Counted from the stretch's first letter, positions 36,779-46,640 are shown. The stretch is 64,000 bases of DNA from Bacteroidales bacterium (GCA_017882305.1 JADGPU010000005.1:3797-67796); one strand, 5' to 3'. Notes: generated from the sequence alone by a model not told the origin. Numbers and translations are program-made.

Positions 36779-38083
36779 ATGGTAAATGTTATGGTAAAAA
36801 ACGTAATAGTGGCCCAGTCAGGCGGACCCTCGCCGGTTATCAATAGTTCATTACGGGGGATAATTGAAACCTGCCGGATGTTCCCGGACAAATTTGGAAA
36901 GGTATTTGGAGGATGGCACGGCATTGAAGGGGTTTTGAATGAGGAGCTTCTTGATCTGTCAGCTCAGAATGAGCAGGAAATTGCCCTGTTAAGAAACACG
37001 CCTGCAGCCGGAAGTATAGGTACCTGTCGCTATAAGCTTAAAGATAATCAGCAAAAAGATTTCCTGAGGATAATGAAGGTTTTTAAGGTTCATAATATTG
37101 GATACTTTTTCTATATAGGTGGTAATGATTCACAACATACAGCTTTCAAAGTGAGTGAAATGGCAGAGACCAGAGGACTTGACCTTATTGCTGTAGGAGT
37201 GCCAAAAACAATTGATAATGATTTGGGTGACAATGAATTCAAACTTATTGATCACACTCCGGGATATGGAAGTGTTGCCAGGTACTGGTCGCATATTATT
37301 CAGAATGCCAATGAAGAGAATATGGGCTCCGCTCCTGCTGATCCTGTATTGGTCATCCAGGCAATGGGACGGAAAATAGGTTATATTCCTGCTGCTGCAA
37401 GACTTGCAGATCCGGATAGAAATATGCCACTGCAGATCTATATGGCCGAATCAAAGATATCCATCGATAATCTGGTTGATAATGTCAATGATCAGCTGAA
37501 AAAGGATGGAAGATGTATTGTAGTTATAAGCGAGGGGTTTGATGTTGGAAATATCGGAGATGTAAAAGATGCTTTTGATCATACCTCTTTCGGATCGAGT
37601 AAGAATTCTGTATTCCAGATTGTCGTGAATTATCTTAACAGTAAAGGTTTGAAAGCCAAAGGTGCAGCCAGGGGTCAGGTCATGGGGACGGATCAACGGG
37701 ATACAACGGTCTATGCTTCAATCGTCGATCTCGATGAAGCATATAAGGTAGGACAGAAAGCAGTTGAGATAGCTTTATATGAGGGTAATGGCTGGATGGC
37801 CACTATTCTGAGAGAACCTGGTTTTATATATAATGTCAGGTATGATAAGGTCCCCTTAGAGAAAGTTGCACTTTCCGAAAGGACTTTTCCGGAACAATGG
37901 ATTTCTAAAAGCCGTTACGATGTTACAGATGATTTTCTTGCTTACGCCCGACCTCTTATTGGTGAAGACTGGCCTTCAGTCCCAATGATAAACGGGAGAC
38001 AGCGATTTGCGAGGTTCGAAATGAAATTTGCCGGTAAGAAATTGGCTGAATATAAACCTGAAGCATATGAAAAAAGTAAGTAA
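36779..38083 (+). CDS. PfkA-family phosphofructokinase-like kinase (about 430 aa clade, atypical GGNDS motif)
   Basis: VAQSGGPSPVIN, YIGGNDSQ, GVPKTIDNDL, QAMGRKIGYIPA. ATG 36791 is an alternative start. Confidence 0.8.
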   Translation: MVNVMVKNVIVAQSGGPSPVINSSLRGIIETCRMFPDKFGKVFGGWHGIEGVLNEELLDLSAQNEQEIALLRNTPAAGSIGTCRYKLKDNQQKDFLRIMKVFKVHNIGYFFYIGGNDSQHTAFKVSEMAETRGLDLIAVGVPKTIDNDLGDNEFKLIDHTPGYGSVARYWSHIIQNANEENMGSAPADPVLVIQAMGRKIGYIPAAARLADPDRNMPLQIYMAESKISIDNLVDNVNDQLKKDGRCIVVISEGFDVGNIGDVKDAFDHTSFGSSKNSVFQIVVNYLNSKGLKAKGAARGQVMGTDQRDTTVYASIVDLDEAYKVGQKAVEIALYEGNGWMATILREPGFIYNVRYDKVPLEKVALSERTFPEQWISKSRYDVTDDFLAYARPLIGEDWPSVPMINGRQRFARFEMKFAGKKLAEYKPEAYEKSK

Positions 38084-38088
38084 ATAAT

Positions 38089-38970
38089 ATGAACCCTCAA
38101 GAACAATTACTGGCATTAAGGCCTGAGAAAGAGTTTTTCATAGGGATAGATTCCGATGGTTGTGCTTTTGACACCATGGAGATAAAACAGAAAGAGTGTT
38201 TCTGCCCTAACTTCATAAAGTACTTCAGGATGCAGCCCGTTTCAAAATATGCCCGTGAGACCTGGGAATTTGTGAATCTATATTCAACCAACAGGGGATG
38301 CAATCGGTTCCTTGCAGTAAATGAGACTCTCAGACTTCTGGCAACCCGTCCCGAAATAAAAGCCAGGAATTTCACAGTTCCTTCTGCTGCCCCGCTTGTA
38401 GAATGGACAAAGAAGGAGACGAAACTTGGAAATCCGACACTTAAAAAATATGCAACCGAAATAAATGATCCTTTCATTACAATGACACTCGAATGGTCTC
38501 TGAAGGTAAATGAGGATATCAGTAAAATGGTATTCGGAATAACTCCCTTCCCTTTCGTTAAAGAGTGCCTGGAGAAAATAAAGTCGACTACGGATGTCAT
38601 GGTAGTTTCACAGACACCATATGAAGCACTAAAACGTGAATGGGAAGAAAACAGAATCGACCATTTTTTGAGGATGATTGCAGGACAGGAACATGGAACT
38701 AAAGCAGAACATCTTAAATATGCTGCCAAGGGTAAGTACCCTGATGAAAAGATACTGATGATCGGTGATGCAAATGGTGATCTGACGGCGGCCAAATCAA
38801 ACGGAGTCCTCTTCTTCCCGATTAATCCGGGAAAAGAAGAAGAATCGTGGGAAAAGCTTTATAAAGAAGGTCTGGACAGGTTCTTTACAGGAAAATTTAA
38901 AGGCGATTATGAAGAGGAACTGATCAGGGAATTTGAGACTTTTCTACCGGAGCAGCCACATTGGAAATAG
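38089..38970 (+). CDS. HAD-superfamily hydrolase (phosphatase-like)
   Basis: Motif I FIGIDSDGCAFD. Motif IV MIGDANGDLTAA. Confidence 0.75.
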   Translation: MNPQEQLLALRPEKEFFIGIDSDGCAFDTMEIKQKECFCPNFIKYFRMQPVSKYARETWEFVNLYSTNRGCNRFLAVNETLRLLATRPEIKARNFTVPSAAPLVEWTKKETKLGNPTLKKYATEINDPFITMTLEWSLKVNEDISKMVFGITPFPFVKECLEKIKSTTDVMVVSQTPYEALKREWEENRIDHFLRMIAGQEHGTKAEHLKYAAKGKYPDEKILMIGDANGDLTAAKSNGVLFFPINPGKEEESWEKLYKEGLDRFFTGKFKGDYEEELIREFETFLPEQPHWK

Positions 38971-39057
38971 GCGACGGGTTGCAGGCGACAGGTGACAGGA
39001 AAACCTAACCTGTTGCCTGACAACTGACGCCTGACGCCTAAAGCCCGACGCCTATTA
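38969..39057. repeat. Opposed heptad arms AGGCGAC / CCTGACG starting in the HAD stop codon
   Basis: (T)AGGCGAC GGGTTGC AGGCGAC AGGTGAC AGG - aaaacctaa - CCTGTTG CCTGACA ACTGACG CCTGACG CCTAAAG CCCGACG CCT. Confidence 0.85.
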
Positions 39058-39102
39058 AATCAGGTCAGGGAGTTTAAAACAAAACTGAAATTTATATTAG
39101 CA

Positions 39103-40374
39103 ATGATATATTTCAAATCTGGTTCGGAAAATACAGTTCTTGACTCAAAAGATCTTGAATCCGGAATTTTTTCTGCGTTGGAAAAACTTGGAGTCAGAAA
39201 GAAAGTACTTGTTGTTCCTCCCGACTGTACCCGTTTTCATTCAAGAGCCGGTGAACTTACTTCTTATATTTACCGGTATTATAAGGATAGCCTGAAAGAT
39301 ATCCTTCCTGCTCTTGGTACTCACTCTCCCATGACTTACACTCAACTTGACAAAATGTACAAAGGAGTTCCAAAGTCACTCTTTCGAATACATGACTGGA
39401 GAAAGGATGTGGTAACAACAGGTACGATACCTGGTGAATTTGTATCTGATATTACTTCCGGAGCTTTGAACTATTCATGGCCCGCCCAGCTTAACAGACT
39501 TGTTTTCAATGGGGGACACGACCTTATACTATCAGTAGGACAGGTTGTCCCTCATGAAGTTATAGGTATGGCAAACTATAATAAGAACCTTTTTATAGGG
39601 ACGGGTGGACCTGAAGGTATAAATAAGAGTCATTTTATCGGAGCGGTCTATGGCATGGAACGCATTATGGGAAAAGCTGATAATCCTGTCAGATCTCTGC
39701 TTAACTATGCCTCCGCAAATTTTACCAGTCATTTGCCCGTTGTTTATATACATACAGTCATAGGCCGCAATGAAGAAGGAAAGCTTGTGGCAAGAGGACT
39801 TTTTATAGGTGATGATGAAGAAGTTTTCAGACTTGCGGCAGATCTTTCACTGAAGGTTAATTTCAATGTACTTGAAAAACCACTGAAAAAAGTTGTTGTA
39901 TATCTTGATCCTGCAGAGTTCAAAAGCACCTGGCTGGGGAACAAAAGCATTTACAGGACACGCATGGCAATGTCTGATAATGGGGAGTTGATTGTTCTGG
40001 CTCCAGGATTAAAAGAGTTTGGTGAGGACAATGAGATAGACCGACTGATCAGGAAATATGGTTATCGCGGAACGCAGGCTACATTGAAATATCTGAAGGA
40101 GAATGAAGAACTTAATAATAATCTGAGTGCAGCTGCCCATCTGATTCATGGAAGTTCTGAAGGAAGATTCACAATAACTTATTGTCCCGGATATCTCACA
40201 AGGGAAGAGATAGAATCAGTAAATTTTAAATATCATGAACTTAATGATATGTTGAAGAAATTCAATCCAAAAAACCTGAAGGATGGTTTTAATAAAATGG
40301 ATGATGGGGAGGAAATCTACTTTATCTCAAATCCTGCACTTGGACTATGGACGTCTAAGAAACGGTTGGCATAA
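39103..40374 (+). CDS. LarA-like (DUF2088) putative nickel-pincer-dependent 2-hydroxyacid racemase/epimerase
   Basis: VVPPDCTRFHS, ALGTHSPMT and VGQVVPHEVIGMANYNKNLFIGTGG align by eye with the LarA motifs DxTRP, TGxH and PH..G.SGG.K. Confidence 0.65.
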   Translation: MIYFKSGSENTVLDSKDLESGIFSALEKLGVRKKVLVVPPDCTRFHSRAGELTSYIYRYYKDSLKDILPALGTHSPMTYTQLDKMYKGVPKSLFRIHDWRKDVVTTGTIPGEFVSDITSGALNYSWPAQLNRLVFNGGHDLILSVGQVVPHEVIGMANYNKNLFIGTGGPEGINKSHFIGAVYGMERIMGKADNPVRSLLNYASANFTSHLPVVYIHTVIGRNEEGKLVARGLFIGDDEEVFRLAADLSLKVNFNVLEKPLKKVVVYLDPAEFKSTWLGNKSIYRTRMAMSDNGELIVLAPGLKEFGEDNEIDRLIRKYGYRGTQATLKYLKENEELNNNLSAAAHLIHGSSEGRFTITYCPGYLTREEIESVNFKYHELNDMLKKFNPKNLKDGFNKMDDGEEIYFISNPALGLWTSKKRLA

Positions 40375-40396
40375 AAAATATTATTAAATTCATAAT

Positions 40397-41389
40397 ATGA
40401 TAAACTGGGGAATAATTGGATGTGGTAACGTCACAGAAGTAAAAAGTGGTCCGGCATTTAATAAAGTCAGGGACTCACAACTGATTGCCGTTATGCGCCG
40501 AGACGCCTTCCTGGCTGAAGATTATGCCCGGCGACATAATGTTCCAAAATTTTATTCAAAGGCTTCGGATCTCATTAATGACAAGGATATCAATGCAGTA
40601 TATATTGCCACTCCCCCGGAAAGCCATGCTGAATATGCCATTGAAGTGATAAAAGCTCGCAAGCCGGTTTATATTGAGAAACCAATGGCTGTCAGCTACT
40701 CCGAATGCCTTAAAATAAACAAAGCAGCTGAAAAATATCAGGTTCCGGTTTTTGTAGCATATTACAGAAGAGCGCTTCCCGGGTTCCTCCTGGTTAAAGA
40801 TCTTATTGAAAACGGAGGTATTGGAAAAGTACGTTTTTTGCTGATACAGTTATTCAAGGCTCCTTCTACAGATGAAAAGGCCGGAAAACCATCATGGCGG
40901 GTTGATCCTAAAATGTCAGGCGGAGGACATTTCTTCGATCTGGCCTCCCATCAGCTTGATTATCTTGATTTTCTCTTCGGTCCAATTCAGAAAGTCAAAT
41001 CGATAGCGATAAATCATGCAGGGCTTTATAAAGCTGAAGATTTTGTTTCAGCAGAGTTTATTTTTTATAATAATATTGTTGGAACCGGTACATGGTGTTT
41101 CAGCGTATCACCTGATTGCGATCGGGATACTATCGAGATTATTGGAGACAAAGGGTCCATTAAATTCACAACCTTTAGTTTTGAACCAATTGTTCTTACA
41201 AATGAAAATGGACGTCAGGAGTTTATCAATGAACGTCCTGAGCACGTTCAGTACTATCTTATTGAAAAAATAGTTCAATCACTCAATGGGAACGGTGCCT
41301 CTCCGAGTACTGGAATATCAGGAGCCAGAACAAGTAAGATTATGGATGATATTGTGGCGGGATATTATAAAGACAAAAGACAAAAGTAA
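40397..41389 (+). CDS. Gfo/Idh/MocA-family NAD(P) oxidoreductase
   Basis: INWGIIGCGNV Rossmann start; VYIEKPMA motif. The last codons (KDKRQK-stop) lie inside the AAGAYAA repeat. Confidence 0.85.
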   Translation: MINWGIIGCGNVTEVKSGPAFNKVRDSQLIAVMRRDAFLAEDYARRHNVPKFYSKASDLINDKDINAVYIATPPESHAEYAIEVIKARKPVYIEKPMAVSYSECLKINKAAEKYQVPVFVAYYRRALPGFLLVKDLIENGGIGKVRFLLIQLFKAPSTDEKAGKPSWRVDPKMSGGGHFFDLASHQLDYLDFLFGPIQKVKSIAINHAGLYKAEDFVSAEFIFYNNIVGTGTWCFSVSPDCDRDTIEIIGDKGSIKFTTFSFEPIVLTNENGRQEFINERPEHVQYYLIEKIVQSLNGNGASPSTGISGARTSKIMDDIVAGYYKDKRQK

Positions 41390-41404
41390 AAAGACAAAAG
41401 TGAA
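41370..41404 (+). repeat. AAGAYAA heptad element, copy 2
   Basis: AAGACAA AAGACAA AAGTAAA AAGACAA AAGTGAA. The TAA of unit 3 is the stop codon of the Gfo/Idh/MocA gene. Confidence 0.85.
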
Positions 41405-41515
41405 TATACTAATATAGAGAGAATTAGTCCCGCCTGGCGGGATCGGGGGGCAAAAACCAGCCAAGACGAAATGAGCAATATTTAACGAAACAGTTATAAA
41501 TTCAATCTTTTAGTT

Positions 41516-42970
41516 ATGAGCAAATTATCAGATATCGGATTAATAGGTCTGGCAGTAATGGGCGAGAACCTTGTCCTTAATATGGAAAGCAAGGGATTCA
41601 CTGTTTCTGTTTTCAACAGGTCGACACAGAAAGTTGATGATTTCCTCGCTGGAAGAGCCAGTGGAAAAAAAATTATTGGCACTCATTCTATTAAGGAGCT
41701 TGTGGGATCTCTTGAACGTCCAAGAAAGGTAATGCTAATGATCAAAGCCGGAAGTGCAGTTGATGAGATGATAAATACACTCATCCCCTATCTTGATCCC
41801 GGAGATATTATTATTGACGGTGGTAACACTCATTTTCCAGACACCAACAGAAGAACAGCCCTCGTAGAAAGTAAAGGACTTCTATATGTCGGTACCGGGG
41901 TTTCCGGTGGTGAAGAGGGAGCACTACTCGGACCATCAATCATGCCCGGTGGATCAAAAGCGGCATGGCAATTTGTGAAACCAATCTTTCAGGCAATTGC
42001 GGCAAAGGTCGAAGATGGCACTCCATGCTGTGACTGGGTTGGAGAAAACGGTGCCGGTCATTTTGTAAAGATGGTTCACAATGGTATCGAGTATGGTGAT
42101 ATGCAGCTTATTACCGAGGCTTACCAGATTATGAGAGATCTCTTACATATGACTGCAGATGAGATGCACCTCATTTTTAAAGAATGGAATGAAGGAGAAC
42201 TTGACAGTTATCTCATTGAAATAACCCGCGACATACTTGCATATAAAGATTCAGATGGAAAACCCCTCGTGGATAAAATCCTTGACACTGCAGGGCAGAA
42301 AGGAACCGGCAAATGGACTGCTGTTACTGCCCTCGATCTTGGTATTCCACTTACTTTAATCGGAGAAGCTGTCTTTTCAAGGTGTCTTTCTGCATTAAAG
42401 CGCGAAAGAGTGGAGGCATCAAAAATATTGCACGGTCCTGCTCCTGAATTTAATGGAGACAAGGTCAGATTCATTAATGACATAAAAGAGGCCCTCTATG
42501 CATCAAAAATTGTTTCATATGCTCAGGGTTACTCCTTGATGAAAGCTTCCGCCGAAGAATATAAATGGAAACTTAACTATGGAGGTATAGCTCTTATGTG
42601 GCGTGGGGGATGTATAATAAGATCGGCATTCCTGGATAAAATAAAAGAGGCATTTGATAATAATCCTTCCATAACGAACCTCCTACTCGATCCATTCTTC
42701 AAAGATAAAGTTGGAAAAGCGCAGAATGGCTGGAGAAATGTGGTATCTGCTGCTGCAATCAATGGTATCGCTGTTCCATGTATATCAGCGGCACTGGGCT
42801 ATTTTGACGGCTACCGTTGTGAAAAGCTGCCAGCCAATCTCTTACAGGCACAACGAGACTATTTTGGTGCACATACCTACGAAAGGACAGATAAACCAAG
42901 GGGTGAATTCTTCCATACAAACTGGACAGGTCGTGGAGGAACAACAGCTTCTTCAACATATAATGTATGA
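41516..42970 (+). CDS. gnd: 6-phosphogluconate dehydrogenase (decarboxylating)
   Basis: IGLIGLAVMGENLVLN, GGNTHF, GAGHFVKMVHNGIEYGDMQLI, RDYFGAHTYER. Confidence 0.92.
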   Translation: MSKLSDIGLIGLAVMGENLVLNMESKGFTVSVFNRSTQKVDDFLAGRASGKKIIGTHSIKELVGSLERPRKVMLMIKAGSAVDEMINTLIPYLDPGDIIIDGGNTHFPDTNRRTALVESKGLLYVGTGVSGGEEGALLGPSIMPGGSKAAWQFVKPIFQAIAAKVEDGTPCCDWVGENGAGHFVKMVHNGIEYGDMQLITEAYQIMRDLLHMTADEMHLIFKEWNEGELDSYLIEITRDILAYKDSDGKPLVDKILDTAGQKGTGKWTAVTALDLGIPLTLIGEAVFSRCLSALKRERVEASKILHGPAPEFNGDKVRFINDIKEALYASKIVSYAQGYSLMKASAEEYKWKLNYGGIALMWRGGCIIRSAFLDKIKEAFDNNPSITNLLLDPFFKDKVGKAQNGWRNVVSAAAINGIAVPCISAALGYFDGYRCEKLPANLLQAQRDYFGAHTYERTDKPRGEFFHTNWTGRGGTTASSTYNV

Positions 42971-42998
42971 TATCTTTTACTACTAATTAACACTGAAC

Positions 42999-44297
42999 AT
43001 GTCAGAAACTAAGACCGCAGGTAATTACAGATGGACAGTCTGTGCCCTTATCTTTTTTGCAACCACTATAAACTATCTCGACAGACAAGTGATCGGTATT
43101 CTTAAACCATTGCTTGAAAGCGATCTCAATATCGGAGAAGTTGAGTACGGAAATATTGTTACAATTTTCCAATTGTTTTATGGTTTTTCGATGTTACTGG
43201 CAGGACGCCTCATAGATAAATTCGGGACGAAGATCGGTTACGGAATATCGGTTCTACTATGGAGTATTGCAGCAATGGGACATTCACTCGCAAAAGGGGT
43301 TATAGGCTTTGGATTCTGGAGAGGTTTATTAGGTATCAGCGAATCAGGAAACTTTCCTGCTGCAATAAGAACAATTGCCGAATGGTTTCCCAAGAGAGAG
43401 AGAGCACTGGCGACAGGCATCTTTAATTCAGGTGCGAATGTAGGAGCAATAGTCGCCCCTCTTGCAGTTCCGGCAATCGTAATCGCATGGGGCTGGCAGG
43501 CGGCATTTATCATTACAGGTGCTATCGGAATCGTATGGATCATCCTGTGGTTTATCTTTTATGAGTTACCTGAAAAGAAAAGAAAACTTTCATCAGGAGA
43601 ACTTGAATTAATCAAAAGCGATTTGGATGAAAAAAATGAAAGTGAGAAACTTATTCAATGGATTCAGCTTCTCAGATACCGTCAAACATGGATTTTCTTT
43701 ATAGGAAAAGCGTTGACAGATCCTATCTGGTGGTTTTACCTGTTCTGGATTCCCGGGTGGCTCTCAACAGTGAGAGGTGCAGGTCTTGATATTAAATCAT
43801 TTGGACTTCCACTGGTAGTCATTTATTCATCCACAACTATAGGAAGCATAGGCGGAGGCTGGCTTTCATCATATATGATAAGAAAAGGAATGTCACCATT
43901 TAATGCACGAAAATATACAATGTTAATATTTGCTTTACTTGTTTGCCCTGTATTCTTTGCTCAGTCAAACGGGGTAAGTACCTGGGGAGCTGTAGCTCTG
44001 ATAAGTCTTGCAGCTTCTTCACATCAGGCATGGTCGGCTAATATTTTTACTACGGTTTCAGATGCATTTCCTAAAAGAGCTATCAGTTCAGTCACCGGCA
44101 TCGGAGGAATGGCTGGTGCCGTTGGTGGTGCTTTTATTTCAGTTTTTGCAGGGCATATTCTTAACTTCTTTAAAAAGGCCGGTCATGTTGAAACAGGATA
44201 TACCGTTATGTTTACAATTGCTTCCTGCGCTTACATTCTGGCCTGGATCATTATGTATGTATTTGCACCTAAAGTTAAAAAAGTGGTAATTGATTAG
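42999..44297 (+). CDS. MFS transporter, hexuronate (ExuT/ACS-family)-like
   Basis: 12-TM profile. YLDRQVIGILKP and GRLIDKFGTK motifs. Confidence 0.85.
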   Translation: MSETKTAGNYRWTVCALIFFATTINYLDRQVIGILKPLLESDLNIGEVEYGNIVTIFQLFYGFSMLLAGRLIDKFGTKIGYGISVLLWSIAAMGHSLAKGVIGFGFWRGLLGISESGNFPAAIRTIAEWFPKRERALATGIFNSGANVGAIVAPLAVPAIVIAWGWQAAFIITGAIGIVWIILWFIFYELPEKKRKLSSGELELIKSDLDEKNESEKLIQWIQLLRYRQTWIFFIGKALTDPIWWFYLFWIPGWLSTVRGAGLDIKSFGLPLVVIYSSTTIGSIGGGWLSSYMIRKGMSPFNARKYTMLIFALLVCPVFFAQSNGVSTWGAVALISLAASSHQAWSANIFTTVSDAFPKRAISSVTGIGGMAGAVGGAFISVFAGHILNFFKKAGHVETGYTVMFTIASCAYILAWIIMYVFAPKVKKVVID

Positions 44298-44321
44298 TAT
44301 AAGCATTAAGGATTATAATTT

Positions 44322-45377
44322 ATGCCTCTAAAAAAGTCAAGGATAAAGGATATCGCGAGGATGGCTGGTGTTTCTATAGGTACGGTAGACCGCGTAATAC
44401 ATGACAGAGGTGAGGTATCAGAAAAAACCAGGCTGAAGGTTCAGAGAATTCTGAAAGAGACCAATTACTCCCCTAATGTATTGGCACAGGTATTGAAATC
44501 AAAAAAACGATTTCATCTTGTTTCACTTCTTCCTGCACCAACCGAAGACAATTCTTTCTGGAAAAAGCATCCACTAGGTATGATCAGGGCTATTGAAGAA
44601 CTCGATCCCTTTCCTGTTACACTCAGTCAGGTAACATTTGATATGCAGAGCGAAGATGATTTTCAAAAGAAAACCAGTATCGTTTTAGATCTCAAGCCTG
44701 ATGGAGTACTTCTTGCACCTATATTCAAGTCAGAATCTGTTGCATTTTGTTCACGGCTTCAGAAAGAAAAGGTTCCTGTTGTTTTTATCGACGGTTATAT
44801 TGAAAATACTGATTTTCTGGCATATATCGGTGAAGATATCTTCCAGAGCGGAAGAGTTGCCGGACAACTTATCGATATGGTAACTCCCGAAGAAAGTGAT
44901 ATACTCGTTGTAACAATCGCAAGAAATATCCGGAATGTCCATCACCTTACCAACCGCACTGAGGGATTTCTGAGTTATTTCCGTAAATCAGGTAAAAACA
45001 AAGGCAGGAAGATTATCCTTAATATTCCTGACCACTCTACCGATGGTGTAAAAAGGGTCATCGATACGGTGTTTCTTGAAAATCCCGGAATAGGTTCAAT
45101 TTTTATTACAGGGTCAAAATCATACCTCATTGCTTTATACCTGGAAAATAAAGGTTTAAAATCAATCAATCTTATCGGATATGATCTTCTGGATTCAAAT
45201 GTCAGGTTTTTAAAATCTGGGACCACCAGGTTTCTGATCGGTCAGCGACCTGAGGAACAATCATATAAGGGGATAAAGAAATTATTTGAATACCTCTCAC
45301 TTCATAAAATTCCCGACAAAATCGAATACCTTCCTGTTGATATAGTAACATCTGAAAATGTCGACTTTTTTTTATAA
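44322..45377 (+). CDS. LacI-family transcriptional regulator
   Basis: N-terminal HTH IKDIARMAGVSIGTVDRVIH plus a periplasmic-binding-like sugar domain. Confidence 0.9.
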   Translation: MPLKKSRIKDIARMAGVSIGTVDRVIHDRGEVSEKTRLKVQRILKETNYSPNVLAQVLKSKKRFHLVSLLPAPTEDNSFWKKHPLGMIRAIEELDPFPVTLSQVTFDMQSEDDFQKKTSIVLDLKPDGVLLAPIFKSESVAFCSRLQKEKVPVVFIDGYIENTDFLAYIGEDIFQSGRVAGQLIDMVTPEESDILVVTIARNIRNVHHLTNRTEGFLSYFRKSGKNKGRKIILNIPDHSTDGVKRVIDTVFLENPGIGSIFITGSKSYLIALYLENKGLKSINLIGYDLLDSNVRFLKSGTTRFLIGQRPEEQSYKGIKKLFEYLSLHKIPDKIEYLPVDIVTSENVDFFL

Positions 45378-45380
45378 ATT

Positions 45381-46634
45381 ATGAAAATTCTTGGTAAATA
45401 TTCGATTGGCCTGGGTGACAGATTCGGTCACCAGGGAAGTGCTCAATTAAAAGCAATTATTACAGCATCTGAAAAAGGCATCGACATTACACCTGTCTGG
45501 AATAAGTCAAATCGTGAACATATTATAATAGGCTCCCACCCTCTTGATGTCAGGAATGAAGCAGATTCGGCAATAAGAAGCGCAGGATTTAAAAAACCCT
45601 ATTTTGTTGATGCTGATCATATAAACATTGATACAGTTGATCGTTTTATAGAATGCTCCGATTTTTTTACAATTGATGTTGCATCTTATATTGGGAAGAA
45701 AGCCGATGAGGAAGAGGTCGTTGAATTCCTGTCAGATGTTGAGAAGTACACAGGTGAGCTGAAAATCACCAGAACAAAATTGTCATTCAAAACTTCAAAA
45801 TCTCAGATAAAACAAATTGCAGAAAAGTACCTTTTTGCTATAATAAAGGCACGGGAAATATACAGAAAAATTGAAAAGGCTAAGGGAATTGGAAATTTTA
45901 TCACTGAGGTTTCAATAGATGAAGTGGCTCAACCCCAGACTCCTATGGAACTCTTTTTCATCCTTAGAATGCTGGCTTCTGAAAATATACCTGTACAGAC
46001 AATTGCTCCGAAGTTTTCAGGAAAGTTCAATAAAGGAGTTGATTATGTTGGTGATCCTCTGTTGTTTGCTAAGGAATTTGAATCTGACATTCTGGTTATT
46101 GACTATGCTGTTAAGGAATTTAATCTGCCTGATAACCTGAAGATGAGCATTCATTCAGGATCGGATAAGTTCGCTCTTTACCCGCACATAGGTTCAATAA
46201 TTAAAAGATATGACAAGGGAATACATCTGAAAACTGCCGGTACCACCTGGCTCGAAGAGGTGATCGGTCTTGCCGAATCAGGTGGTGAAGGTCTCGATTT
46301 TGTCAAAGAGATTTATATTAAATCGCTGGAAAAAATCGAAGAGTTATGTGCTCTATATGCCGATGTGATTGACATTAAAGTGTCTTTACTCCCTGCAAAA
46401 CAGGAAGTTTCTGAATGGACCAGCGATAAGTTTTCAGGTTCAATAAAGCATATACCTGGAAATTCTGATTATAATCCAAACATAAGGCAATTGATACATG
46501 TTGCGTATAAGCTTGCAGCTTTACAGATGAAGGATTATTTCAGGTTACTTGAAAATAATGAGCAAGCCGTTTCGAAGTGCGTTTATGAAAACATCTATGG
46601 CAGACATATCTGCCCGTTATTCGATATAAAATAA
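45381..46634 (+). CDS. Tagaturonate/fructuronate epimerase-like protein (UxaE-like)
   Basis: SIGLGDRFGHQG, WNKSNREH and FVDADHIN match what I recall as the UxaE signature (GDRxG, S.RE, DADH). Called from memory, not from a search. Confidence 0.55.
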   Translation: MKILGKYSIGLGDRFGHQGSAQLKAIITASEKGIDITPVWNKSNREHIIIGSHPLDVRNEADSAIRSAGFKKPYFVDADHINIDTVDRFIECSDFFTIDVASYIGKKADEEEVVEFLSDVEKYTGELKITRTKLSFKTSKSQIKQIAEKYLFAIIKAREIYRKIEKAKGIGNFITEVSIDEVAQPQTPMELFFILRMLASENIPVQTIAPKFSGKFNKGVDYVGDPLLFAKEFESDILVIDYAVKEFNLPDNLKMSIHSGSDKFALYPHIGSIIKRYDKGIHLKTAGTTWLEEVIGLAESGGEGLDFVKEIYIKSLEKIEELCALYADVIDIKVSLLPAKQEVSEWTSDKFSGSIKHIPGNSDYNPNIRQLIHVAYKLAALQMKDYFRLLENNEQAVSKCVYENIYGRHICPLFDIK

Positions 46635-46640
46635 GGATCA

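Noticed and set aside
38097-38795. 232-aa ORF antisense to the HAD hydrolase gene, unusually long for a shadow ORF.
   Set aside because: It is entirely contained in a well-supported gene on the other strand. Its Ser/Phe-rich composition is typical of antisense frames, and it has no motifs. The same reasoning applies to 2223-2669, 10896-11270, 16665-17114, 23785-24120, 43238-43543, 47204-47584 and 60072-60374.
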